A stretch of 64,000 nucleotides of DNA from an uncultured delta proteobacterium (lineage in GTDB: Bacteria > Myxococcota_A > Polyangia > Palsa-1104): NCBI GenBank assembly GCA_963785725.1, contig CAWAWS010000033.1:192001-256000 (forward strand), given 5' to 3'. Below the pieces are notes generated by a model that was not told the origin of the DNA, ran no database searches, and saw nothing but the letters and a program-made list of their open reading frames with translations. How positions within the stretch are numbered: position 1 is the first letter of the stretch; every line of letters begins with the position of its first letter. The position numbers and the translations under genes were made by a program. Shown here piece after piece: positions 17,498 to 26,206 of this stretch.

Positions 17498-19596
17498 CAG
17501 CCGGTGTTGCCGGAGACCTTCGTGAAGAACGAGTCGGGGGCGATGCCCTTGTCGATGGCACCCATCGTCGAGCCGCTGACGGCGACGTTGGTGAAGTTGG
17601 CGCTGCCGCGACTCGCGCCGTCGAGCGCCGCGATACCGTACGTGCCGGCGCCGGTCACGTTGATGTTGCTCAGGTTCACGTCCGAGATCTTGGCGATGTC
17701 GGCGGCGGCGATGATATCGGCCGGCTGCGTCTCGCCCATCGTATACCCCGTACCGTATCCGCGGAACTCGATGCCGGCATACGTCGGGTCGACGATATCG
17801 ACCGTGTCGACCGAGATATCGTTGACGTCGCCTTCACGCATGTAGAACTTGAGCGCGCCGTGCAGCCAAGGCGTCGCCGTGTTCTCGAAGAACATCTCGC
17901 CGCCGGCGCGCAAGAGGAGGATATTCTTGAACGTCGTCAGCGCCGAGCCGAAGGGATAGGGCGAGAACTCGTTGTCGACCAGAATGCCGGGATAGGTGAG
18001 CACGTCTTCGCACGTCAGGTTCTCGAAGTGGTTGTCATTGCCGCCGTAGATACCGAAGCAGTTGGCGCGCCACGGCATCTGCACCGAGACGTTGTGCACG
18101 TAGTTGCCGTGCTCGACGCCCTGATCCTTGTCCGTCGGCGCCGCCGGGTAATGACCGTGCGCGACCCACGCCGTCCATTTGATCGACCACACCGCGACCG
18201 AATCGTCGCCGGTATTGCGCATATGGCAATTCTCGACCGTGGTATTCGTCGTGCCGTTATCGAGGTTGATTCCGTCCGCGTAAGTATTGCGAATACGGCA
18301 GTTACGAATGGTCAACATATCGGTCGGCGTCGGCTGGTTGGCGGGATCGTTACCGACCCAGATACCGGCGACGGTATGCTCGATCCAGACGTTCTCGATG
18401 AGCGAGCCGACGCCCATCGGGCCGGCGAAACCCTTTTGCGGCAGGCCGTCGTTGTTGTTGATGTCGTAACCGGGCGCCGTCGACAACGCCGCTTCGTTGC
18501 GCGCCGTCGAGACGCCGCGGATCGAGAAGTCGCCGAACGTGCACACGACCGCGCCGTCGCAGAAGAACATGGTCTTGGCGCCGTCGAATTCGGTGTACCA
18601 CATGCCGGCGCCGCGAATTTCGTGCCCCGGGTTGTCGAGTCCGACGTTATTCGAGCTGATCTTTTGAATCTTGTAATGACCTTTCGGGAACCATAGTTTC
18701 GGCGTCGATTGAATGGCGCTCAAGATCTTATCGGCATAATCGGTTCCCGCCGGATCGTCGGGCATGATACCGAGCGTCGACGCGTCGACGAAGCCGGCCG
18801 GCATCGTCAACGGCGCCGCAACCTGCTCGAGATCGATGAGATCGATGACGTAGAACGGCGCCGAATCCTGCGCGTCGCGCTGCAGCTTGACCTCGGCGCC
18901 GACGGGGATGCCGTTCGGGAACGAGTCGGGACCGAGGCGAATCTCGTCGAAGAACGTGTGCGGCTGCGCGCCCGGCGCATTCAGCGTATTGGCCGGCACG
19001 TCGAGCAAGCTGCCCTGATACGACCACGAATAATGCGACGTCAGCGCCAAATCCTGCACGCGCGTGCCGTTGATATAGAGGCCGAGCGTCGCGTTGATGC
19101 CGCCGCCCGTCGCCGAGTCGGGGATCGAGAAGCGCACGACGAGCGAGTTCGCCGCGGCCGTCGACGTAAACGCGACATAATCGCCGGTCTTATTGAGCTG
19201 CACCGCTTGGCGGCCGATCGCTTCGGCCTCGATATGCGTCGCGTCCCACTTCGTGCGATTGGGGCCGATCGTCGTGGCGTTCGTCTTGGCGTCTTCCGCC
19301 TGCAGCTCGATCCACGGCTCGTCCATGCCGCGGCCGGCGAATAGGTCGCCGCCGCCGCCGGCCGTGCCCGTGCCGCCGGCGGTGCCCGTGCCGCCGCCGT
19401 TGCCGGTGCCACCGCCGTTGCCGGTGCCACCGCCGTTGCCGCCGCCGTTGCCACTGCCGCCGCCGTTGCTGCCGCTGCCGCCGCCGCCGCTGACTTCGAC
19501 CTTCGTGGGCTGGCAAGCCGCCGCCGCGCCACAGCACAACACGAGCAGGCCCGCCCGGAGAGCTCGAACGAACGGATCGCGTTTCTCGATTCGCAT
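17494..19596 (-). CDS. GH87-like alpha-1,3-glucanase/mycodextranase lipoprotein (beta-helix), paralog A
   Basis: Lipobox AAAC, Gly linker, ANSLVVRFSIPD, IRGAGMWYT, WIEHTVAGIWVG, YADGINL, RNTGDDSVAVW. The likely start is the ATG at 19596 after AGAGGG. Confidence 0.82.
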   Translation of the reverse strand: MRIEKRDPFVRALRAGLLVLCCGAAAACQPTKVEVSGGGGSGSNGGGSGNGGGNGGGTGNGGGTGNGGGTGTAGGTGTAGGGGDLFAGRGMDEPWIELQAEDAKTNATTIGPNRTKWDATHIEAEAIGRQAVQLNKTGDYVAFTSTAAANSLVVRFSIPDSATGGGINATLGLYINGTRVQDLALTSHYSWSYQGSLLDVPANTLNAPGAQPHTFFDEIRLGPDSFPNGIPVGAEVKLQRDAQDSAPFYVIDLIDLEQVAAPLTMPAGFVDASTLGIMPDDPAGTDYADKILSAIQSTPKLWFPKGHYKIQKISSNNVGLDNPGHEIRGAGMWYTEFDGAKTMFFCDGAVVCTFGDFSIRGVSTARNEAALSTAPGYDINNNDGLPQKGFAGPMGVGSLIENVWIEHTVAGIWVGNDPANQPTPTDMLTIRNCRIRNTYADGINLDNGTTNTTVENCHMRNTGDDSVAVWSIKWTAWVAHGHYPAAPTDKDQGVEHGNYVHNVSVQMPWRANCFGIYGGNDNHFENLTCEDVLTYPGILVDNEFSPYPFGSALTTFKNILLLRAGGEMFFENTATPWLHGALKFYMREGDVNDISVDTVDIVDPTYAGIEFRGYGTGYTMGETQPADIIAAADIAKISDVNLSNINVTGAGTYGIAALDGASRGSANFTNVAVSGSTMGAIDKGIAPDSFFTKVSGNTGW

Positions 19597-20159
19597 TGGA
19601 ATTTCCCTCTTCAATCGGCGGCGTGTGCCGCGTTCGAATGGAAGAGGTCGCGACGCGACCGACCGTCGCATTATTTCTGTACGTTCTCCGAGACAGCAGC
19701 TAAGCGCCCACAAGCACGGCGTATTCTGACGCGCGGGCGGCGACGGCGGGCGCGGCGCGAGCGACTGCCGCCTCAGCTCGCCGGCAATTCATTTAATGGT
19801 GAGCTCCGCGAGCGCCGTCGCGCCCAGCGCGTCAGGCGCGAGTGGGTCGGCGATCGAGGCGCCAGCGCGCTTGGACGCTGACGCGCTCGAATCCGCGATG
19901 GCGATGACAACGCACCGCGCGAGCCGCCGATCGATTCACAGCGCTAAGGCCACTTGCCCACGCACTGACCGGTCGCATCTTCCGCAAACGCAATAACGCA
20001 CAACAAATTGATTTTCTTATACTAATTACCAACACCTCCGGTCGCCGAAACTAAAATGCGACGGTACGCCGAGTGTCGCCCTCTGGTTTACGAGGGCCCA
20101 GTCGGCCTTCGGTTCGCGAGGCCCGCGCCGCGGATTCTTGTCCCATACGGAGGCGACCG

Positions 20160-22172
20160 ATGATTCGATTTCGTTATCCCCTGCTGCTCTCGACCGCGCT
20201 TCTCGCTGGCGCGTGCGGCGGTACCGTCGACAGCTCGAGCTGCATCCCGGGCGTCGCCAGCAACGTCACCATCACCATCTCCGGCAGCACCAACACCGTG
20301 CTCCACGGCTGCGGGCTCGGCGACGGCGGCAGCGACGGCGGCGGCACGGTCGGCAGCGGCGGCGGCACCATCGGCGGCGGCGGCGGCGATGCCGGCGGCG
20401 GCGGCAACGGCGGCGGCACGACGTCGAGCGGCGGCGGCGGCGGCACGGTGACCGGCAGCGGCGGCGGCTCGCCTCCCGCCGTCACCCGCGGCGCCACCGT
20501 GCCCTACTGGGAGTTCGAAGCCGAGAGCGCGACGACCAACGGCACCATCATCGGACCGAGCCGCACGTTCGGCGATTTGTCGTCGGAGGCGTCGGGTCGC
20601 AAAGCGGTGACGCTGTCGAACGTCGGGCAGAACGTGTCGTTTACGACGCAAGCGCCGGCGAACTCGATCGTCGTCCGTTATTCGGTGCCGGATACGACCC
20701 AGTCGACGGCGATCGACCCGCAAGCGGCCACGCCGACGCAGACGCTCGGGCTCTATATCAACGGCGCGCGTAAGGCGAGCTTGCAGATGACGTCGCGCTG
20801 GTCGTGGACTTACGGTGACGCGGACTCGCAGAACTCGGGCTCGAACAGCGCGGGCAGCGGCACGGCGCATCACTTCTACGACGAGACGCACCTCATGTTC
20901 GCCGAGGTTCCGGCGGGCGCGACGATCATGCTGCAAAAGGATTCGATGGATACCGCGGCGTCTTACACGATCGATCTCGTCGACTTCGAGGACGTCGGCG
21001 CGCCGCTCACGCAACCGGCCGGCTCGCTATCATTGACCGATTACGGCGCGGTCGCCAATGACGGCAATGATGACGGCCCGGCGCTGCAGAACGCCATCAA
21101 CGACGCGCAGACCAAAGGCAAGACGTTATGGATTCCGGCGGGGACGTTCGACATTCTATTCAACAACATTAGCGACGTGACGAAGCGCAATATCCAGACG
21201 AACGGCATCTTCATTCAGGGCGCGGGTATGTGGTACACGACGCTCAACGGCTTCGGCGCGCAGATCAAGCTCGGCGGCAACACCTGCAGCTTCAGCGACT
21301 TCCTGCTCTCCGGCGACATTACGTTCCGCGACGACACCAAAGGCTATCAGGGTTTCGACGGCCCTTATGGCAAAGGCTCGAAGGTCACCAACGTCTGGAT
21401 CGAGCATACGAACGTCGGATTGTGGGTCGGCCACGGCGCCATGCCGACGCCGGTGACGGCGCCGCTCACCGACGGGCTCGTCGTGCACGGCATCCGCGTG
21501 CGCGACACTTACGCCGACGGCATCAACCTCGCCAATGCCACGAGCAACAGCACCGTCGAGCAGTCGGTCTTCCGCAACACCGGCGATGATTCGATGGCGT
21601 CGTGGAGCTACTCGGGTGACGGCAGCGTCGCGTGCTCGAATGACATGTTCCACTTCAACACCATGCAGGTCAGCTGGCGGGCCGCCTGCATGTCGATTTA
21701 CGGCGGTAACAACATCAGCATGGAGGACAACGTCTGCAGCGACACGACCAACTATCCCGGCATCCTGGTCTCGACGACCTTCTCGCCGCTGCCGCTGACG
21801 GGTACGACGTCGGTGCAGCGCAACACACTGACCCGTGACGGAGGTTTCCACTTCAATCAGCAATATGGCGCCATCAAGTTCTTTGCCGATACGCAGCCGC
21901 TCGGCGGAACGATTACGGTAAAGAACATCGACATCACGGACCCGACGTTTGCCGGCATTCACTTCGGTGGCTCGCAGCAGCAGTCGGGGATTACGATCGA
22001 CACCGTCAATGTCACGAACTACACGACGCAGGGTATTTGGGTGGCGTCGGAGTCGCACGGCACGGCCACGCTGAGCAACGTCACGGTCGCGGGCACGCCC
22101 AACGTCGGGCTGCAGAACGACGCGCCCAACGCCTTTACCGTGACCAAAGGCAGCGGCGACACCGGGTTCTAA
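20160..22172 (+). CDS. GH87-like alpha-1,3-glucanase/mycodextranase lipoprotein, paralog B
   Basis: GGAGG RBS, lipobox LAGAC, EASGRKAV, ANSIVVRYSVPD, HHFYDE, GAGMWYT, YADGINL, RNTGDDSMASW. Confidence 0.85.
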   Translation: MIRFRYPLLLSTALLAGACGGTVDSSSCIPGVASNVTITISGSTNTVLHGCGLGDGGSDGGGTVGSGGGTIGGGGGDAGGGGNGGGTTSSGGGGGTVTGSGGGSPPAVTRGATVPYWEFEAESATTNGTIIGPSRTFGDLSSEASGRKAVTLSNVGQNVSFTTQAPANSIVVRYSVPDTTQSTAIDPQAATPTQTLGLYINGARKASLQMTSRWSWTYGDADSQNSGSNSAGSGTAHHFYDETHLMFAEVPAGATIMLQKDSMDTAASYTIDLVDFEDVGAPLTQPAGSLSLTDYGAVANDGNDDGPALQNAINDAQTKGKTLWIPAGTFDILFNNISDVTKRNIQTNGIFIQGAGMWYTTLNGFGAQIKLGGNTCSFSDFLLSGDITFRDDTKGYQGFDGPYGKGSKVTNVWIEHTNVGLWVGHGAMPTPVTAPLTDGLVVHGIRVRDTYADGINLANATSNSTVEQSVFRNTGDDSMASWSYSGDGSVACSNDMFHFNTMQVSWRAACMSIYGGNNISMEDNVCSDTTNYPGILVSTTFSPLPLTGTTSVQRNTLTRDGGFHFNQQYGAIKFFADTQPLGGTITVKNIDITDPTFAGIHFGGSQQQSGITIDTVNVTNYTTQGIWVASESHGTATLSNVTVAGTPNVGLQNDAPNAFTVTKGSGDTGF

Positions 22173-22183
22173 TCGACACCAAA

Positions 22184-22219
22184 GCGGCGGCCGCGACGAT
22201 CGACGTCCGCGGCCGCCGC
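22184..22219. terminator. GC-rich hairpin between convergent genes
   Basis: 12-bp inverted repeat gcggcggccgcg/cgcggccgccgc just after the stop; no clear U tract on the + strand. Confidence 0.45.
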
Positions 22220-22362
22220 CAAAGCCCCGCCCGCTCGCGTCTCTCGCACTATCCGCCAGTCATTCCCGTCAATCCAATCGCACGCGTCGTACCCATCAAA
22301 AGTCCGCTCGCCATGACGATTGATCGTTCCGTTGAGCCAACCATGCGACCTCCGCTGCCGCG

Positions 22363-23271
22363 TTAGGGCTGGCGGAGCTCGGCGAGCAGGAATTGCCAAA
22401 CGGCGGCGACGCGCGGGACCTCGCGCAGCGCGCGCCGACCGACGAGCCATAAGTCGTCGCTGGGCCACTCCGACGCGCTCTCGGCCAACGCCCGCGTATA
22501 TTCGACCGGCGCGAGCCCATGCCGCTCGGCGTGCACCGCCGGCGCCAGCACGAGGCCGAGCCCGCTGCGCGCCGCCGCCAGCTGCGACGGAAAGTGGCTC
22601 GTGCGCAACAAGACGTCGGCCTTCGGCACGTGCTTGGTCAGCCAGCGCGCGACGTGAAAGCTGGCCATGTCGCCGTCCCAACCGATCCACGGCGCGTCCT
22701 CCCAGCGTCGCAAACGACCGAGCGCCTTGTGCAGCTTCGCGGTCGCGGTGGCGACCCAACGCGACGTGCCCAGCTTGGTCACGAGCAGGTCGGCGCCTTC
22801 GGGCGGCACCGAGCGCAGCGCGACATCGGCCTCGTGGCGCGACAAATCGATCACGTGTTGCGACGCGTCAATCTCGATGCGCAGTCGGGGATGGCGCGCG
22901 TGCAGCTTGACGAGCGCCGGCGCGACGAACTCCTGCGCCAAACCGGGCGCGGCGCTCAGCCGCACGACGCCCTCGACGTGTCGCTCGGCGCCCGACGTGT
23001 CGCGCGCGAAGCGGCCTTGCGCGGCCTCCATCGACTCGACCGCGGGCAGGCCGAGCTCGGCCAAGCGCGTCGCCACCAAGCCCTGCCGCGTACGCTCGAA
23101 GAGGCGCGCACCCAGCTCCTCCTCGAGGCCGGCCAAACGCCGGCTCACCGTCGACGTGTCGAGCCCGAGGCGACGCGCGGCCACGCCCAAGCTGCCGGCG
23201 CGAAAGACAGCGAGGAAGAGGCGCAGATCGTCCCAGCTGTGGCGCATGAGGTCTTGCGTTTTTGCCGGCAT
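22363..23271 (-). CDS. LysR-family transcriptional regulator
   Basis: WDDLRLFLAV, GSL..AARRLG, STVSRRL; divergent from the SDR gene. Confidence 0.93.
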   Translation of the reverse strand: MPAKTQDLMRHSWDDLRLFLAVFRAGSLGVAARRLGLDTSTVSRRLAGLEEELGARLFERTRQGLVATRLAELGLPAVESMEAAQGRFARDTSGAERHVEGVVRLSAAPGLAQEFVAPALVKLHARHPRLRIEIDASQHVIDLSRHEADVALRSVPPEGADLLVTKLGTSRWVATATAKLHKALGRLRRWEDAPWIGWDGDMASFHVARWLTKHVPKADVLLRTSHFPSQLAAARSGLGLVLAPAVHAERHGLAPVEYTRALAESASEWPSDDLWLVGRRALREVPRVAAVWQFLLAELRQP

Positions 23272-23324
23272 GACTTGTCATCTTGCGTGTTGTCTTGCAT
23301 GGCTGCAACCCGCATCTTGAGGGC

Positions 23325-24350
23325 ATGGAAACCACCGACCTCTCGCTTCCCGCATTGCATGTCGTCCTCGGCGCCGGTCAGATCGGCTCGCGGCTCGCCG
23401 AGCTGCTGCTCGCGCGCGGCCATCGCGTGCGCCTCGTCAAGCGCGGAGCGCCCGGTGCCGCCCGTCCCAACCTCGAGTGGGCGCGCGGCGATCTCATGGA
23501 TCTCGCGTTCGCCGCGGAGGCCACGCGCGGCGCCGCCGTCGTTTATGACTGCATGAATCCGGCCTATCACATGTGGCCGACGCAGCTGTTGCCGATGGCG
23601 CGCGGCGCCTTGCACGGCGCGACGCGGGCCGGCGCGCGGCTCGTCGCGCTCGACTGCCTCTACATGTACGGCCGCCCCGACGGCCCGATGAGCGAAGACA
23701 CGCCGATGCGGCCGTGCTCGAAGAAGGGGCAGCTGCGCGTCGAGCTCGCCAAGCTGCGGCTCGACGCCGATCAGCGCGGCGACGTGCGCGTCGCCATCGG
23801 CCGCGCCAGCGACTTCTTCGGCGCCGATCTGCAGTATTCGGCCTGGAGTGACCGCTTTTATCAGCGCGTGCTCGCCGGCAAAGCAGCGGAGTGCACGGGC
23901 GATCCCGATCAGCCGCACTCGTATACGTATGTCGAGGATGTCGCGCGGGCGCTGGCGACCTTGGGCGAGCGCGAGGAGGCGCTGGGCGCGGTGTGGCATT
24001 TGCCGACGCCGCCGGCCGAGAGCACGCGCGCGCTCACCGAGCGGCTGGGACGCGCGCTCGGGCTGCCGCAGATCGCGGTCAAGCGCGTGCCGAAATTCGT
24101 ATTGCGCGTGGGCGGGCTGTTTCAGCCGGCGCTGGGCGAGCTGGCGGAGATGACGTATCAGTGGGAGATGCCGTATGTCGTCGACGACTCGCGCTTTCGC
24201 CGCGTGTTTGAGCAGGCGCCGACGCCGATCGATGTCGCGGTCGCGGAGGTCGCGGCGTGGGCGCGCAAGCGCTATCAGCTGCCGGCGCAGGCGGCGCGCG
24301 GTGCGGGCGAGCACTCTCGAAGCGATCGCGCGCAGACCGCACGACCATAA
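23325..24350 (+). CDS. NAD-dependent epimerase/dehydratase (atypical SDR)
   Basis: VVLGAGQIG Rossmann motif, LYMYG, SKKGQLR, RASDFFG, HSYTYVED. Confidence 0.9.
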   Translation: METTDLSLPALHVVLGAGQIGSRLAELLLARGHRVRLVKRGAPGAARPNLEWARGDLMDLAFAAEATRGAAVVYDCMNPAYHMWPTQLLPMARGALHGATRAGARLVALDCLYMYGRPDGPMSEDTPMRPCSKKGQLRVELAKLRLDADQRGDVRVAIGRASDFFGADLQYSAWSDRFYQRVLAGKAAECTGDPDQPHSYTYVEDVARALATLGEREEALGAVWHLPTPPAESTRALTERLGRALGLPQIAVKRVPKFVLRVGGLFQPALGELAEMTYQWEMPYVVDDSRFRRVFEQAPTPIDVAVAEVAAWARKRYQLPAQAARGAGEHSRSDRAQTARP

Positions 24351-24400
24351 CCGCGCCGTCGTTCGTTCTATCGGCGTTCGAATCGCGTACTGCGCGCGTC

Positions 24401-24910
24401 TTACTTGAGCGCGCGTTTTCGCGGGCGGCGACGCGGGCGCGCGCCATCGGACGCCGTCGGCTTGGCCGCCCCATTCGCCACCGCCGGCTTGGCCGCCCCA
24501 TTCGCCGCCGCCGGCTTGGCCGCGCCATTCGACTTGGCGGCCGCCCCCGCCGCTTTCACCAACGCGCCCTTGCCCTTCGCCGCCGCGGACGCTTCACGCG
24601 ACGCCACTTCGACGGACGCCACTTCGCCATCGAGCGGCGGCTCCCACTCGCCGGTCGCCTCGCGAATTCGCGCGGTGTCGAGCGTACAGATCCGCTTCTG
24701 CCCCACCCGCTCCTTCCGCAGGATGCCGGCGTCGACGAGCACATCCCAGTGATGACAGAGCAGCGCCATGCTGATGCCCAACGACTCCGCCAAGTCCGTG
24801 CCGCACTGCGAACACTTCGACAATAGATCGACGATCTCGACGCGACGCGGGTCGGCCAGCGCCTTGAAAATCTTGGCGCGCTCCTCGGCGGTCATGCGTC
24901 CCGTGCTCAT
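24401..24910 (-). CDS. ArsR/SmtB-family regulator with an Ala/Lys/Pro-rich repetitive tail
   Basis: FKALADPRRVEIVDLL, LCHHWDVLVDAGIL; tail of NGAAKP repeats. Confidence 0.85.
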   Translation of the reverse strand: MSTGRMTAEERAKIFKALADPRRVEIVDLLSKCSQCGTDLAESLGISMALLCHHWDVLVDAGILRKERVGQKRICTLDTARIREATGEWEPPLDGEVASVEVASREASAAAKGKGALVKAAGAAAKSNGAAKPAAANGAAKPAVANGAAKPTASDGARPRRRPRKRALK

Positions 24911-24948
24911 GCTGGAAACATAGCGCTTCTAAACCCTTCGCGCATCGC

Positions 24949-25018
24949 TCAAACATCGGCTTGACTATTGGTCGGTGCGTACTCAAATAGCTGCTTGACT
25001 GTTTGACCGTTTGACCAA
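24949..25018. promoter_or_regulatory. Two TCAA-N8-TTGA palindromes plus TTGAC direct repeats (probable ArsR operator)
   Basis: tcaaacatcggcttga at 24949-64 and tcaaatagctgcttga at 24983-98, then ttgactgt ttgaccgt ttgacc, in the divergent ArsR/RND gap. Confidence 0.6.
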
Positions 25019-25042
25019 GCCGCGTTCCCGAAGGAGTCACGG

Positions 25043-26206
25043 ATGACCGCTAACCGCCCGTCCTACCTCGCTTTACCGCTCTCGCTCGCCGCCCTCCTCT
25101 TCGCCGCGCTGCTGCCGGCGTGCAGCCGTCCCGTCGAAGCGAGCGCGCAGCCCGACCAACGCCCACAAGTCACCGTCGCGCGGCCGATTGCGGCGGCCGT
25201 GACCGAGTTCAGCGAGCACACGGGCCGCGCCGAGTCGCCGGAGAGCGTGGAGATTCGGCCACGCGTCGGCGGCAGCATCGTCAAAGCCAACTTCCACGAG
25301 GGCGATCTGGTGAAGAAGGGCGCGCTGCTCTTCGTCATCGACCCGCGGCCTTTCGAAGTGGCGCTGGCGCGGGCCAAGGCCGAATTGGCCAGCATTCGCG
25401 CCGATCACGAGCTGTCGCGCAAGAACCTCGATCGCGCGCAGCAGCTCATGGACGCGCATGCGATTCCGACACGCGACTTCGACGTGCAAAAAGCGCAGCA
25501 GGAGCAGCTGACGGCGCGCGCGGACATGGCGACGGCGGCGATTCGCGCGGCCGAGCTGGACCTCGAATATGCCTACATTCGCTCGCCCATCGATGGACGC
25601 ATCGGTCGTAAGTTGGTCACTGAAGGTAACCTCGTCGGCCCGAGCACGGTTTCGCCGCTGGCGACCGTCGTTTCGGTCGATCCGCTCTACGTTTACGTCG
25701 AGCTGGAAGAGGCGCGCGGGCTCGAGCTCGACCGTGGCAAGTCCTTGCGCGCCGAGATCGGCTTCGCCGGCGAAGACGGCTATCCGCGGCCGGCGCGCGT
25801 CGACTTCATCGACAACCACGTCGAAACCGGCAGCGGCACCGTCAAAGTGCGCGCCGTCATTCCCAATCACGACGGGCGCTTGACGCCGGGATTGTTCGCC
25901 CGCGTGCGCATCCCGCGCGGCGGCGAGCGCAATTCGCTGCTCGTCGCCGACCGCGCCGTTGCCACCGATCAAGAGCATCGCTTCGTCTGGGTCGTCGACG
26001 GCGATCAGAAACTGCAATATCGCGCCGTCACGCTCGGGCCGATTTCGGACGGGTTGCGCGTCATTCGCACCGGGCTCACGCCGACCGATCAAGTGCTCGT
26101 GCGCGGCTTACAGCGCGCCCGCGCCGGCGTCGCCGTAATAGCCGAGCTCGTGCCGATGCGCGCCACCGACGCCGCGGCGAAGGTCAATCAGGGAGCCGCC
26201 CAATGA
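25043..26206 (+). CDS. RND efflux periplasmic adaptor (MFP)
   Basis: Lipobox LPAC, VEIRPRVGG, LFVIDPRPF, IRSPIDGRIG, LTPGLFARVR. Confidence 0.95.
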   Translation: MTANRPSYLALPLSLAALLFAALLPACSRPVEASAQPDQRPQVTVARPIAAAVTEFSEHTGRAESPESVEIRPRVGGSIVKANFHEGDLVKKGALLFVIDPRPFEVALARAKAELASIRADHELSRKNLDRAQQLMDAHAIPTRDFDVQKAQQEQLTARADMATAAIRAAELDLEYAYIRSPIDGRIGRKLVTEGNLVGPSTVSPLATVVSVDPLYVYVELEEARGLELDRGKSLRAEIGFAGEDGYPRPARVDFIDNHVETGSGTVKVRAVIPNHDGRLTPGLFARVRIPRGGERNSLLVADRAVATDQEHRFVWVVDGDQKLQYRAVTLGPISDGLRVIRTGLTPTDQVLVRGLQRARAGVAVIAELVPMRATDAAAKVNQGAAQ

